A stretch of DNA of 64,000 nucleotides. Origin: Methanosarcinales archaeon. GTDB taxonomy: Archaea > Halobacteriota > UBA148 > JAUWXC01. Under the pieces are notes generated by a model. That model had not been told where the DNA came from. It did not search any database and worked only from the letters and a program-made list of their open reading frames with translations. Shown one piece after another: positions 18,861-29,205 of this stretch (the stretch's first letter is position 1; every line of letters starts with the position of its first letter). The stretch spans positions 378,330 to 442,329 of the forward strand of contig CP061209.1 of the NCBI GenBank assembly GCA_026016205.1, read 5' to 3'. The translations under genes and the position numbers were made by a program.

Positions 18861-20135
18861 ATGAATTCAGATGTACAACATATCTTGGATGCTACAAACG
18901 CGCATCACGAATTATTCAAAAACTCGCTGCCAATGATTGCCAGTGAAAACCTTACCAGCCCAACTGTTAGGCGCTTGCTTGCCTCTGATTTAGGGCACAG
19001 GTATGCCGAGGGAAAGGTGGGGCATAGGTATTATCAGGGCTGCAAGTACATTGACCAAATCGAGGCGAAGGCAATAGAATTAGCAAAACGTCTGTTTGAT
19101 GCGGAGCACGTGAACGTTCAACCGGTATCTGGCGTCAATGCGAATCTCGCCGCATTTTTGGCGCTTGCCGCGCATGAAGACTTGTTGATGTCATTGGGCG
19201 TGCCGGATGGCGGGCACATAAGTCATGCCAAATATTCAGCAGCCGGCATCAGAGGGTTGCGAATTACTGCACATCCCTTTGATGAGAAAAAGATGAACAT
19301 CGATGCGGATTTGATGGTCCAAAAAATCTTTGACGTAAAGCCGAAGGTGATAATGTTTGGGGGGAGCCTGTTCCTGTTTCCACATCCTGTAAGGGAGGCA
19401 AGGAAAGCGGCAGACGAGGTTGGTGCGAAAATCATCTACGATGCCGCGCATGTATTAGGGTTAATCGCAGGCAAACAGTTCCAGGATCCTTTACAGGAAG
19501 GGGCAGACATCGTAACATGCCCAACTCACAAGTCATTTCCTGGACCGCAGGGCGCATTGATATTATGCAAGTCCGACGTTGCCGACGCCGTAGATAATGC
19601 AGTCTTCCCAGGAACGACGAGCAATCATCACCTGCATCATAAAGCTGCCCTAGCGGTAACGTTGGCAGAAACGCTCGTATTTGGCGAGGAATATGCTAAG
19701 CAGATGATAAGCAATGCCCAGACGCTTGCCCAGGCATTATATGATGCGGGTTTGGATGTACTGTGCAAAGACAACGGATTTACTCAATCGCATCAGGTGG
19801 CTGCCGATGTTTCAAAATGCGGAGGAGGTGCGAAGGTTGCATCCAATCTTGAGAAAGCAAACATCATCATAAACAAGAATCTTCTCCCCTGGGATAATGT
19901 GAATAACCCTGGCGATCCATCTGGCATTCGTTTGGGGATACAGGAATTGACGCGCTTGGGGATGAAAGAACCTGAGATGAGGGAGGTTGCCCAGTTCTTC
20001 AAACGCATCATACTCGAGGAAGAGGAACCTGGGAAGGTAAAAGATGATGTGACGTTTATGAAAAAGGATTATCAAAAGGTTCATTATTGCTTCGACGACG
20101 GCGAGGGAGCCTATGAATCTCCGTTTAGGTGGTAA
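18861..20135 (+). CDS. glyA: serine hydroxymethyltransferase
   Basis: [16 protein letters not shown], and PLP-Lys motif [10 protein letters not shown]; 424 aa. Confidence 0.93.
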   Translation: MNSDVQHILDATNAHHELFKNSLPMIASENLTSPTVRRLLASDLGHRYAEGKVGHRYYQGCKYIDQIEAKAIELAKRLFDAEHVNVQPVSGVNANLAAFLALAAHEDLLMSLGVPDGGHISHAKYSAAGIRGLRITAHPFDEKKMNIDADLMVQKIFDVKPKVIMFGGSLFLFPHPVREARKAADEVGAKIIYDAAHVLGLIAGKQFQDPLQEGADIVTCPTHKSFPGPQGALILCKSDVADAVDNAVFPGTTSNHHLHHKAALAVTLAETLVFGEEYAKQMISNAQTLAQALYDAGLDVLCKDNGFTQSHQVAADVSKCGGGAKVASNLEKANIIINKNLLPWDNVNNPGDPSGIRLGIQELTRLGMKEPEMREVAQFFKRIILEEEEPGKVKDDVTFMKKDYQKVHYCFDDGEGAYESPFRW

Positions 20136-20766
20136 GGTGCGGCGACGTAAACTGATTATATTTGATGTAGATAGCACCCTTGTTGATGCCGAAATAATCG
20201 ATGAACTTGCCGATGTTGCGGGCGTTGGCAAAGAGGTTGCAAAAATCACTAACATGGTGATGAAGGGCGAAATTGATTTTGGCAAAGCTCTTAGAGAACG
20301 GGTGCAGCTTTTGCGTGGATTGCCTGAAACCGAGGTCATTAGGGTGGCAGAACACATTCCAATAATGCCAGGGGCTGAGCGCTTGCTCAGAGAGGCAAAA
20401 TCCAAGGGATATACGGTCGTAGCAGTCACCGGAAGTTTTATGATAGTCGTGAATACGGTCAATGAGAGACTTAATCTGGACTATATAGTTGCAAATGAAC
20501 TGGTAATCAAAGACGGGGTGGTGACTGGCGAGGTAAGGGGACCCCTGACAGAGCAAAATGCGAAGGTGCATGTGTTAGAGCAGATAGCGAAGTCCGAAGG
20601 CATGTCGTCTCAGGACTGTATAGTTATAGGGGATGGAGCAAATGATGTAGCTATGTTTGAGAAGGCTGGACTTTCGATAGCCTTTAATGCAGACCCTGTA
20701 TTAAAGAGTGTGGCAGATGTAATAATCGACCAAAAAGACCTAGGATTGTTGATCCCTCTGTTGTAG
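20113..20766 (+). CDS. serB: phosphoserine phosphatase (HAD)
   Basis: HAD motifs [12 protein letters not shown] and GDGANDV. Overlaps the glyA 3' end. Confidence 0.85.
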   Translation: MNLRLGGKVRRRKLIIFDVDSTLVDAEIIDELADVAGVGKEVAKITNMVMKGEIDFGKALRERVQLLRGLPETEVIRVAEHIPIMPGAERLLREAKSKGYTVVAVTGSFMIVVNTVNERLNLDYIVANELVIKDGVVTGEVRGPLTEQNAKVHVLEQIAKSEGMSSQDCIVIGDGANDVAMFEKAGLSIAFNADPVLKSVADVIIDQKDLGLLIPLL

Positions 20767-20784
20767 GCGAAAAGGAGAAGGAGT

Positions 20785-21642
20785 ATGTTAGAAGAGCTGC
20801 TGAAAAAGAAGGCAAAAGTACAAAAAGAAGCCGAGAATGCCAAAGAAGGGCGAAATGAATGGAATGCCAAAGCCAGTAAGTTAGCGGCGCAGAGGGATGA
20901 GCTTAACGCGAAGATGAAAGATTTAGTGAAAGAGGCGCAGGCATACAAAGAGGAGAGGGACAAACACAATCAAAAGGTTAGTGAATACAAATCAAAGCGA
21001 GATGAACTGAATGAAGAGGCTGGCAAGATTTATGTAAAAGTGGATAGGCTGCGCAAAAGAAAAAGCGGAGGAGGCGGGTCGCTTCATGAGCTTCAGAGAG
21101 AAATTGATCTGCTGGAATTCAAACAGCAAACTGAGGTGCTGAGCACTGGTAAGGAGCGGCAGCTTGTCGAAAAAATTTCTACACTTCAGGAAGAGTTCCT
21201 AAACAAGAAAGCACAACTGGAGCATGATAAAGAGTTAAAGGACCTGCTGGAAGAAGCACAGGCGTTGCGCGACAAGGCATCGGAATCTCATGAAAAAGTC
21301 ACTAAATATGCTGACATGGCGCAAGAGCAGCATGATAAGATGATTGCTGCATTTAACGAAGTAGATGCGGTGCGGGTTGAAGCAGATGCTGCGCACAAGG
21401 AGTTTGTAAAGGCACAGGAAACAGCTGATGAATATCATCACAAGTTCATCAAGCATCAGAAAGAGATTAGAGACTTTAATAAGTTGATTGCCGGCTTGAG
21501 AAAAATGAGCAGGGATGCCAAGGAAAGCGAGGAGAGGGCTAAAGCTAAGGAAACGGCAGAGGGCATATATGCGCGGCTTAAAAAAGGTGGAAAAATAGAC
21601 ACGGACGACCTGCTCGCGCTTCAGCGTTCCGGTCTGCTATAA
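20785..21642 (+). CDS. archaeal coiled-coil protein (COG1340-like)
   Basis: 285 aa, almost entirely heptad-like K/E/A/L-rich sequence. Confidence 0.55.
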   Translation: MLEELLKKKAKVQKEAENAKEGRNEWNAKASKLAAQRDELNAKMKDLVKEAQAYKEERDKHNQKVSEYKSKRDELNEEAGKIYVKVDRLRKRKSGGGGSLHELQREIDLLEFKQQTEVLSTGKERQLVEKISTLQEEFLNKKAQLEHDKELKDLLEEAQALRDKASESHEKVTKYADMAQEQHDKMIAAFNEVDAVRVEADAAHKEFVKAQETADEYHHKFIKHQKEIRDFNKLIAGLRKMSRDAKESEERAKAKETAEGIYARLKKGGKIDTDDLLALQRSGLL

Positions 21643-21690
21643 GTACGAATCTTTTTATATCCCTCTCTTCAATACTTTGTAGAGGTTGAA

Positions 21691-22761
21691 GTGAAAACTC
21701 TTGTAATTTGTGTCGACAGGGATGACGATATAGGTCGGAAAGTTGGAATTAAAAGTCCCGTCATTGGTAGAGATGCTAATATTCAGGCTGCAACGCAGTT
21801 AGCACTCTCTGACCCAGAGGACTCAGATCTCAACACCATCTTTGGGGCGATTCAAACTTATGATGAACTTAGAGCAAGAGGGGTTGATGCAGAGGTTGTG
21901 TTAATCAGCGGTAGCCTAAATGTAGGCGTTCAGTCAGATTTAGTCATAGCCGACCATCTCGATGCAGTTTTGGAGAGGTATAAGGCCGATAGGGTGATAG
22001 TGGTGACTGATGGCGCGGAAGATGAATTTGTGCTACCTCTCATTGAATCCAGGGCCAAAGTAAGTTCCGTGCGGCGCATTATCGTTAAACAAAGCCAAAA
22101 CCTTGAGAGCACGTATTATATCATTAAGGAACTGTTTAGCGACCCGAAAGTTTCTAAGACCTTCTTTATACCACTTGGACTGGCATGCATTATCTATACA
22201 ATCTCGCTAATTGCAGGCTGTCCACAAGGTGCGGTTATTGCTATCATGGCATTCATCGGCGTTTATCTGCTCTTCAGGGGATTTGGGCTGGACGATGTCA
22301 TGGAGGACTTTGCAGAAAATTTGAAGCGCTCATTTTATGGGGGAAAAATATCGTTCGTGACATATATTGCCGCGGTGATATTTGGGTTAATAGGCCTTGT
22401 TCACGGACTGGTTTACTGTTTGCTACGTGAACCACAGGGAGTAGTGATACTAATCGTAACGTTCATCAATGCTTCAGTCTGGTGGTTCATAGCCGGAGGG
22501 TTGCTTTCCTGTATCGGGAAGCTAGTCGATGCATATCTAAGTAAAGAGAAAGCATGGCGCTATTGGGTATTGCCGTTCTTCATATCTGCAGCAGGTATAA
22601 TCCTCTGGGGTGGGAGTGAATATGTATTATCAGTCAGCAAGTCTGGCTTCACGATGAATGCAATTCAGACTCTTTTGGCATGCATTATTGGCGCAGTTGT
22701 CATAGCATCGATTGGGGCAGGCGTCTCAGCATATGTTAAGAAGCTGGAAAAAGGGAGATAG
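21691..22761 (+). CDS. DUF373-family membrane protein
   Basis: N-terminus MKTLVICVDRDDDIGRK.G...PVIGR, followed by about 6 TM segments. Confidence 0.7.
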   Translation: MKTLVICVDRDDDIGRKVGIKSPVIGRDANIQAATQLALSDPEDSDLNTIFGAIQTYDELRARGVDAEVVLISGSLNVGVQSDLVIADHLDAVLERYKADRVIVVTDGAEDEFVLPLIESRAKVSSVRRIIVKQSQNLESTYYIIKELFSDPKVSKTFFIPLGLACIIYTISLIAGCPQGAVIAIMAFIGVYLLFRGFGLDDVMEDFAENLKRSFYGGKISFVTYIAAVIFGLIGLVHGLVYCLLREPQGVVILIVTFINASVWWFIAGGLLSCIGKLVDAYLSKEKAWRYWVLPFFISAAGIILWGGSEYVLSVSKSGFTMNAIQTLLACIIGAVVIASIGAGVSAYVKKLEKGR

Positions 22762-22767
22762 ACCTGC

Positions 22768-24423
22768 TTACCCCCTCTGTATTTTATACAATTCTCGCAC
22801 TCTTTCAATAGAATCAGCATCTTCTACTGACTTGTCTTCTCTTATACTGGCCAGCCTGGGAAAGCGAAGGGCAAAGCCCGACTCATAGTTGGGGCTCTTC
22901 TGAATCTCTTCATACCCCACATCAAACACGACCTCAGGCTTCAGCTCTATATCTTTCCCTTTCTCGGATATGATGATGTCTTTGAACAATCCGGTCAATT
23001 CGGCAAGTTGCTTATCGGTCATTCCGGTGCCAACCCTTCCTATGCTCAGGAGATTGCCAGTAGCCGGGTCCCTGCATGCTAGCAGATACGAACCTATAAG
23101 ATTTGCCCTTCTTCCCTCTCCCCATATGCCGCCAGTAACTACCAGGTCGAGTGTCTCCGCAATTGGCTTTATTTTAAGCCAGTTTTTCCCTCTCTTGCCT
23201 GGCGTATATGCCGATTTTGGATTTTTAAGCATTACACCCTCATGTCCCGCGGAGAGCGCATCTTTATAAATGTTCTCTATAACCTTGACATCGCTCGTAA
23301 CCGTCCGGGGAGTTACATCTATTTTTGCATGCTCTTTTTTTAGGCTCTTTTCAAGAACACGCCGCCGCTCACTCAATGGTTTGTGTATTAGGCTCTTTCC
23401 GTTCACCTGCAGAGCGTCAAACAAGGTCAAATGGAGTGGAATCTCCTTGACCATCTGCTCGATATCATATTTCCTCCTAAATCTCTTCAGAATGTCCTGA
23501 AACGGTCTTGGTTTGCCATCCTCCCCCACTGCAATCGCTTCACCCTCGAGGATAGCCTGATTATATGCAACCGCGTCTTTAATTGCGCCAGCGATGTCCG
23601 GTAGCGATTTCGTGACATTCTCCAGTTTTCTGGAGAAAAGGATAACTTCATCATTGGTCTTGTGTATCTGTACCCTGGCTCCATCGTATTTCCACTCCAC
23701 TGCCACTTCTTTCATATCGTTTATCGCGCTCTCCATGCTCCTTGCCACTTGCGCCAGCATCATCTTAACCGGCCTACCAGGCATTATATCCAGCCTTTTT
23801 AGTTCTTCTACGCCCTTCTTTGCAGTCACTGCGACCAATCCCGCATCATTGGTAAGCATATATGCTCGTTCCACCTCGTTCTTTGGTACATCAAATGCCT
23901 GCGCGATAGCATCTCTTACGATACCCTCTCCGACTCCTATCCGCAGTTCCTCCAGCACAAGCCTGGCAATATATCGCGCCTCTTTTGGTTTCGCTGATCC
24001 AAACAAATCAGCCAGCAGCCCGGTCTTCTTCTTCTGCGACTTCTTGCCGGCCGCCTTGGCAACATCCCTGAAGTTTTTGTAGACCTGTAAGGTGGTCAAT
24101 TCGGCTGGAAGCAAAGTCTGCTGTATTCGTTTTTCACATAACTTCTCACATACCAGACCAATATCGCCCAAATCGCGCACCATATCTTTGACCTGCGTTT
24201 CCTTAACGCCGGTAGCCATCGAAATCGCATTATAAAGCAGACTTGGGCCCACACCTAACTCTTCTGAACTCCATGCAGGGAAAATGCGCCCGATAATAAA
24301 ACGCGTAACGATTTCCAGGTCATCTGCACTCTTCAAAAACTGGGCAACGATGTTGGCCATCTCAATATTGCTCGCCGTGCCCTCTATTTTCTCACACACG
24401 TTGGCGAATTCGATGAATTTCAT
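22768..24423 (-). CDS. lig: ATP-dependent DNA ligase
   Basis: Adenylation motif EWKYDGARVQIH, EGEAIAV, GVMLK, and a C-terminal OB domain; 551 aa. Confidence 0.95.
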   Translation of the reverse strand: MKFIEFANVCEKIEGTASNIEMANIVAQFLKSADDLEIVTRFIIGRIFPAWSSEELGVGPSLLYNAISMATGVKETQVKDMVRDLGDIGLVCEKLCEKRIQQTLLPAELTTLQVYKNFRDVAKAAGKKSQKKKTGLLADLFGSAKPKEARYIARLVLEELRIGVGEGIVRDAIAQAFDVPKNEVERAYMLTNDAGLVAVTAKKGVEELKRLDIMPGRPVKMMLAQVARSMESAINDMKEVAVEWKYDGARVQIHKTNDEVILFSRKLENVTKSLPDIAGAIKDAVAYNQAILEGEAIAVGEDGKPRPFQDILKRFRRKYDIEQMVKEIPLHLTLFDALQVNGKSLIHKPLSERRRVLEKSLKKEHAKIDVTPRTVTSDVKVIENIYKDALSAGHEGVMLKNPKSAYTPGKRGKNWLKIKPIAETLDLVVTGGIWGEGRRANLIGSYLLACRDPATGNLLSIGRVGTGMTDKQLAELTGLFKDIIISEKGKDIELKPEVVFDVGYEEIQKSPNYESGFALRFPRLASIREDKSVEDADSIERVRELYKIQRG

Positions 24424-24436
24424 CTTCCACCAGAAT

Positions 24437-25450
24437 TTAAGCTTTGTATATGCTTATCAAATCGCTTAATATTGAGGATGAAGTTTCAATTGCGCCGGCA
24501 CCCTTGCCCGTTACCGTAATCTCTCCAGCCAGGTCCGTGCGGAGGGATATAACATTCAAGGCTCCGCCGACAGCAAGTGGATGGTCCTTTGGGACCAGGC
24601 GGGGCGCAACCCTTGGTCTGTTTCTATCCTGGATCTCTCCAATCAACTTTATAACGTAGCCATCATCAGAAGCCAGTTTCAACGCTTCGGGAGATATCTG
24701 GGTGATTCCCGTCACATCCACATCCTTGTAACTTACGTTCATGCCGAGGATCGCATTTGCGAGAATCACTAACTTACAGGCGGTATCAATGCCGTCAACG
24801 TCATAGGTGGGGTCAGCTTCTGCAATGCCAAGCTCCTGTGCCTCGGATAGTACGTGTTCGTATGGCAGCCCTTCCGTGGACATCCTGGTCAATATATAAT
24901 TGCATGTGCCGTTCAAAATGCCTTCGATGCCGAGTATCTCATTCGCTTGCAGTGTCTCTCTCACGAGGTTTAGCACAGGCATCGCCCCCCCTACAGCAGC
25001 CTCAAACCTAAATTGAACGCCGTTCTTCTCGGCAGTCTTTTTTAATTTTTGAAATGCAATCGTCAGGGGACCTTTGTTAGAGGTTACAACGTGCTTTTTT
25101 GTATTAAAGGCAGCCATCATATGCGATAAACCTGGTTCACCAGAGTTGATGTTTGTGGGCGTTGCCTCTATCACGATATCCGCGTTAGCGCCTTTTATAA
25201 GGTCGATGCTGCTCACACCATCCTTCCAGCAGGGATGCTTATTCAGCGCACCCTCCTGTTTTAATTTGTACGCCTCCATTGCGTCAATTCCTTCTGGGCA
25301 GACGACGCAGCCGTCACGCTCCCCGATTCCTACCACTTCAAAATCGATGCCATATTTATCACTTATAAATTCTCTCTTTTCAGAAATAGCTCTTGCAACG
25401 CCGCTTCCTATTACCCCAAATCCGATTATCAAGATGCGAACTTTTTTCAT
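24437..25450 (-). CDS. hom: homoserine dehydrogenase
   Basis: Rossmann motif VRILIIGFGVIGSGV; GILNGTCNYILT motif. Start chosen at MKKVRIL, abutting the ACT gene stop. Confidence 0.9.
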   Translation of the reverse strand: MKKVRILIIGFGVIGSGVARAISEKREFISDKYGIDFEVVGIGERDGCVVCPEGIDAMEAYKLKQEGALNKHPCWKDGVSSIDLIKGANADIVIEATPTNINSGEPGLSHMMAAFNTKKHVVTSNKGPLTIAFQKLKKTAEKNGVQFRFEAAVGGAMPVLNLVRETLQANEILGIEGILNGTCNYILTRMSTEGLPYEHVLSEAQELGIAEADPTYDVDGIDTACKLVILANAILGMNVSYKDVDVTGITQISPEALKLASDDGYVIKLIGEIQDRNRPRVAPRLVPKDHPLAVGGALNVISLRTDLAGEITVTGKGAGAIETSSSILSDLISIYKA

Positions 25451-25451
25451 T

Positions 25452-25970
25452 TTAAGCCTCTTCGATGGATTCAATCAACAGCAATTCTTTTTCACGTGCG
25501 ATGTCCCTAAGCAATTGGATGGCGTTTTGCATCTCCTTTTTTCCTGCGGCGTTGATCACCACCCTTGCAGCTGAGTGCTGGTCCACTCCTGGCATGGATA
25601 CTGCTAAATCCTTAACCTCTGCATATCTAGTGCTGTCGATTCTGTCTATGGTATCCCTTATGTCTGAGTGGATGATATGCCCGATGAGTACCATGGTGGC
25701 CTTCTCGCGAAGCCTGTCCTCGCCAATCTGAGCGATGGTGATTCCGTTGCTCTTCATTCTATTGATTAACTCCTTCAGTTTTTCTCCATCCATTTCGAAG
25801 GTGATTTGCACAGGAATCAAGCCTCTTGGAGTTTTCTTGTCCCTCTGATGTAGCACCGAGACGATATTTCCCCCGAACTCAGATATTGGTTGCAAGGCCA
25901 ATACCAGCTGCCCTGGCATATCTTTCAGTTCCAGATTCATTGTCACCCTCATAAGACCATCCAACGACAT
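25452..25970 (-). CDS. ACT-domain amino-acid-binding protein
   Basis: LELKDMPGQLVLALQPISEFGGNIVSV ACT fold pattern. Located directly upstream of hom in the same operon. Confidence 0.7.
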   Translation of the reverse strand: MSLDGLMRVTMNLELKDMPGQLVLALQPISEFGGNIVSVLHQRDKKTPRGLIPVQITFEMDGEKLKELINRMKSNGITIAQIGEDRLREKATMVLIGHIIHSDIRDTIDRIDSTRYAEVKDLAVSMPGVDQHSAARVVINAAGKKEMQNAIQLLRDIAREKELLLIESIEEA

Positions 25971-25980
25971 ATAAACAACT

Positions 25981-25997
25981 TAAACCTTAAAGGTTTA
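25981..25997. promoter_or_regulatory. perfect 8+1+8 palindrome TAAACCTT-A-AAGGTTTA just upstream of the ACT-hom operon
   Basis: Read directly from the sequence. It lies 11 nt 5' of the ACT gene start codon (25970, minus strand), in the divergent region shared with elp3. Confidence 0.35.
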
Positions 25998-26132
25998 TGG
26001 CCAGGTTGTGGGGAAATAGCGCTACACACGAATGATTAAAGGTAATAGGAATATCAATTGTATGCCCTGATGTAGCGCCGATGGCACCTTTAAGATTGGC
26101 GCTAAAATATGGCATTGGGAGAATGGTGACAG

Positions 26133-27734
26133 ATGGCGGACGAATTCAAATCTGCGTGCAGGGAATTATTAGAGGCCATCCTCGCTGGGGATGCCATATC
26201 GTTGGAAGAATTAAGCAGAGCAAAGAAGACGATCAGTGCACGGCATAATCTCTCAAAGATTCCCAGGAATTCAGACATACTTGCCGTTGCTGAGGGTGAT
26301 GAGAAAGAGCTTGTTAGAGCGGTGCTGCAGAGAAAACCGGTTAGAACCATTTCGGGCGTTGCTGTAGTAGCGGTGATGACATCGCCATATAAATGCCCGC
26401 ACGGATTATGCATCCCTTGTCCAGGTGGCCCCAATTCAATATTTGAGTCGCCCCAGAGCTATACTGGTCATGAGCCTGCGGCGTTGCGTGCGTTCCAACA
26501 GGATTTTGACCCCTACCGCCAGGTGACAGCTCGCCTTGCGCAGCTGCAACAAATTGGGCATCCTATTGACAAAGTGGAGTTGATTGTCATGGGTGGCACC
26601 TTCACTTCTCGCTCCCTGTGCTACCAGGAATGGTTTGTGCGGCGATGCTTTGAGGCGATGAACGATTTTGGCGGTGAAAAATGCATGACCGTCTTGTTAG
26701 AGGACGCACAGATGGACAATGAAGCTACACACGTTAGGAATGTGGGAATCACATTTGAGACGAGGCCAGATTGGGCGAAGAGAAACCATGTGGATAGAAT
26801 GCTAAAAATGGGCGCCACTAAAGTAGAGTTAGGCGTTCAGAATGTCTATGATTTTGTGCTGAAGCGGATGCAGCGGGGGCATACTGTTGCAGATGTTGTG
26901 GATGCAAATACATTGTTACGAGATAGTGGCCTCAAGGTGGGCTTTCATTTAATGCCTGGATTACCCGGCTCATCTTTTGAGAGAGATATTAAAATGTTTC
27001 AGCGTGTATTCGCTGACCCCAGATTTAAGCCAGACTATCTAAAAATATACCCGACGCTGGTTGTAGAGGGGACGCAGTTGTATGAAATGTGGCAGAAGGG
27101 CGAATATGAACCGTTGACGAATGATGTTGCCGTAGAACTAATCACCAGGATGAAGATGCTGCTTCCTAGGTGGACAAGATTACAGCGAATCCAGCGGGAT
27201 ATTCCAGCCCAACTAATTGTGGCAGGAGTAACAAAGGGCAACATCAGGCAACTTGCAACAGCCAAGCTACACGAACTGGGCGAAAGATGTCGGTGCATAA
27301 GATGTCGTGAGGTTGGCCATGCGCTGTTGAGAGGGATAAGGCCTGAGCCAGAGAACATCAAATTGACGGTCGAGAAATATGACGCGTGTGGCGGCACAGA
27401 ACATTTCATATCCTTTGAGAATAGCGAGGATGACATTCTAATAGGATTTTTGAGACTCAGATTTCCCTATCATCCACATAGGCCAGAGTTGAAGGGTGCC
27501 GCATTGGTCCGCGAACTGCATATCTACGGTCCAATGGCTCCAATAGGTTCTGGGCCAAAGGACGGATGGCAACACAGGGGCTATGGAGAAGAGTTATTGC
27601 ACGAGGCAGAACGCATTGCCACAGAGGGAGGATTCACAAAAATTGCGGTTACCAGTGGAATCGGGGTGAGAGAGTACTACAAAAAACTTGGTTACGAGCG
27701 CAGTGGCACGTATATGTGTAAACCACTCAACTGA
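26133..27734 (+). CDS. elp3: Elp3-type radical SAM/GNAT tRNA modification enzyme
   Basis: Radical-SAM cluster CPHGLCIPCPGG. C-terminal GNAT motif QHRGYGEELL. 533 aa. Confidence 0.9.
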   Translation: MADEFKSACRELLEAILAGDAISLEELSRAKKTISARHNLSKIPRNSDILAVAEGDEKELVRAVLQRKPVRTISGVAVVAVMTSPYKCPHGLCIPCPGGPNSIFESPQSYTGHEPAALRAFQQDFDPYRQVTARLAQLQQIGHPIDKVELIVMGGTFTSRSLCYQEWFVRRCFEAMNDFGGEKCMTVLLEDAQMDNEATHVRNVGITFETRPDWAKRNHVDRMLKMGATKVELGVQNVYDFVLKRMQRGHTVADVVDANTLLRDSGLKVGFHLMPGLPGSSFERDIKMFQRVFADPRFKPDYLKIYPTLVVEGTQLYEMWQKGEYEPLTNDVAVELITRMKMLLPRWTRLQRIQRDIPAQLIVAGVTKGNIRQLATAKLHELGERCRCIRCREVGHALLRGIRPEPENIKLTVEKYDACGGTEHFISFENSEDDILIGFLRLRFPYHPHRPELKGAALVRELHIYGPMAPIGSGPKDGWQHRGYGEELLHEAERIATEGGFTKIAVTSGIGVREYYKKLGYERSGTYMCKPLN

Positions 27735-28092
27735 AAACTTTCTCTATTTTTTCTGCAGTAGTATCTATCTTCTTGCAAGCCAGTTCATAATCGCCTTTGG
27801 ATTTGACTATAGTTACCAGCAATGCTTTTGGCTCTATTGATGTAATTATAGCCCTCTCGTCATTGAACTCGGTGATTATGCGTTTGGCGGTGCTTTTTTT
27901 CAATCGAGATGCTGCGATTTCAGCTGCCCTATATATAGTTGCCATCATCGCGGCAAGAATTTCTTCATCTAGGCCTGCCGAAACGTCTGATGTTATGGTC
28001 AAGCCGTCGCGAGTTATAATCGCCGATGATTCTACGTTCTCTCCTCTAGCTTCCTTCAGGATTTGCTCAAGATTTTCTTTCATGGTCGCCAT
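27727..28092 (-). CDS. Roadblock/LC7 (MglB-like) domain protein
   Basis: SSAIITRDGLTITSDV..AAMMATIYRAAE pattern. Start taken at MATMKEN. Confidence 0.7.
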   Translation of the reverse strand: MATMKENLEQILKEARGENVESSAIITRDGLTITSDVSAGLDEEILAAMMATIYRAAEIAASRLKKSTAKRIITEFNDERAIITSIEPKALLVTIVKSKGDYELACKKIDTTAEKIEKVFS

Positions 28093-28179
28093 TACAATCC
28101 CTTCGATGCACTTTAACGATAAGAACGGATACACTTCGTGTAAGCATTCGCAAAGCGAACGCGTTCTTATGCATTACAC

Positions 28180-28620
28180 TCATTCCTTAAAAGAATTTTG
28201 ATTATCTCCTATAATTTGTAGAATTATCTTACGCGTCCTGGGGCGGACATCAAAATCGATGAACACGATTTGCTGCCATGTGCCTAGCATCAATGTTGCA
28301 TTCGAGAAAGGGATTGTCACGCTGGGACCTATCAACGAAGCCCTCACATGGGAGTGTCCATTACCATCTCCCCATTTGAGATTATGCTTGTACTCTATGC
28401 CTTGGGGTACAATCCTCTCTATTGCATGTGTTAAATCTTCTATCAAGCCTGATTCATACTCTATCGTAGTTATCGCACCCGTCGCGCCTGGCACAAAGAC
28501 GGTGATAATACCTTCTTTTAGATTTGCTCTATCCAGCGCTTTTTGAACATCATCTGTGATGTTAATGATGTCCGTATTGCCTCGCGTCTCGAAATCAAGA
28601 GTCTTGGTAATTATGCCCAT
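28180..28620 (-). CDS. YjbQ/UPF0047 secondary thiamine-phosphate synthase family
   Basis: ITDDV...V..S....G...VF..H.T..I...E....L..D pattern plus NGHSHVRASL; 146 aa. Confidence 0.8.
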   Translation of the reverse strand: MGIITKTLDFETRGNTDIINITDDVQKALDRANLKEGIITVFVPGATGAITTIEYESGLIEDLTHAIERIVPQGIEYKHNLKWGDGNGHSHVRASLIGPSVTIPFSNATLMLGTWQQIVFIDFDVRPRTRKIILQIIGDNQNSFKE

Positions 28621-28623
28621 GGT

Positions 28624-29205
28624 TCACCTCCTGCTCTTATTTGCCACCCTGCCCTTTAGGACTGTTAACCGCTCGAAAAAGTACTTTTCGCTCAAGACCT
28701 CTTCAGCAATGAATCCAAGTGATGCCATTTTATCCATGATTGCATCAACTCCACTCAAGGATGACACCAGCAATAGGAACCTGCCATTTTCTGTTAAGCA
28801 GTCCTGCACATGGCACAAGAATCGGCTGATGGTCGCTTGTCCATCCTCTCCACCGTTCCATGCACAATCGAACCAGTCGTTAACCTTCTTATCAGAGGGC
28901 AAATACGGCGGGTTGAATACCACCAAATCGAATCTACCTTTAATGCCATTGAATAAATCCGCTCTTATGCTGTCTATTCCATTTAATCTGGCGCATTTTA
29001 CAGCGTATGGATTAATGTCTGTGGCGATGACGGATGCACGCTCTTTTACACATGCTGAAACAATGCCTGAGCCAGTGCCAATTTCTAAAACCCTGTCTGA
29101 GGGGCGCAATTCTCTTAGCACTGCCACAACCAACAAGAACGAATCTTCAGATGGTGTGTAGACTTCTGGCAGGACTAAAATCTCTTTGTTTCTGTACCTA
29201 CTCAT
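28624..29205 (-). CDS. HemK/Mtq2-family SAM-dependent (N5-glutamine) methyltransferase
   Basis: SAM motif VLEIGTGSGIVS and catalytic NPPY (VVFNPPYLPS). Confidence 0.8.
   Translation of the reverse strand: MSRYRNKEILVLPEVYTPSEDSFLLVVAVLRELRPSDRVLEIGTGSGIVSACVKERASVIATDINPYAVKCARLNGIDSIRADLFNGIKGRFDLVVFNPPYLPSDKKVNDWFDCAWNGGEDGQATISRFLCHVQDCLTENGRFLLLVSSLSGVDAIMDKMASLGFIAEEVLSEKYFFERLTVLKGRVANKSRR

Noticed and set aside
26019-26078. 60-nt stem-bracketed element with ATGATTA near the 5' side and CTGA next to the 3' stem (C/D-like).
   Set aside because: The C-like box has U where the conserved G is needed for the k-turn. Only 28 nt separate the boxes, too short for a dual-guide archaeal C/D sRNA. 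It is kept only as an inverted repeat in the promoter-region finding.
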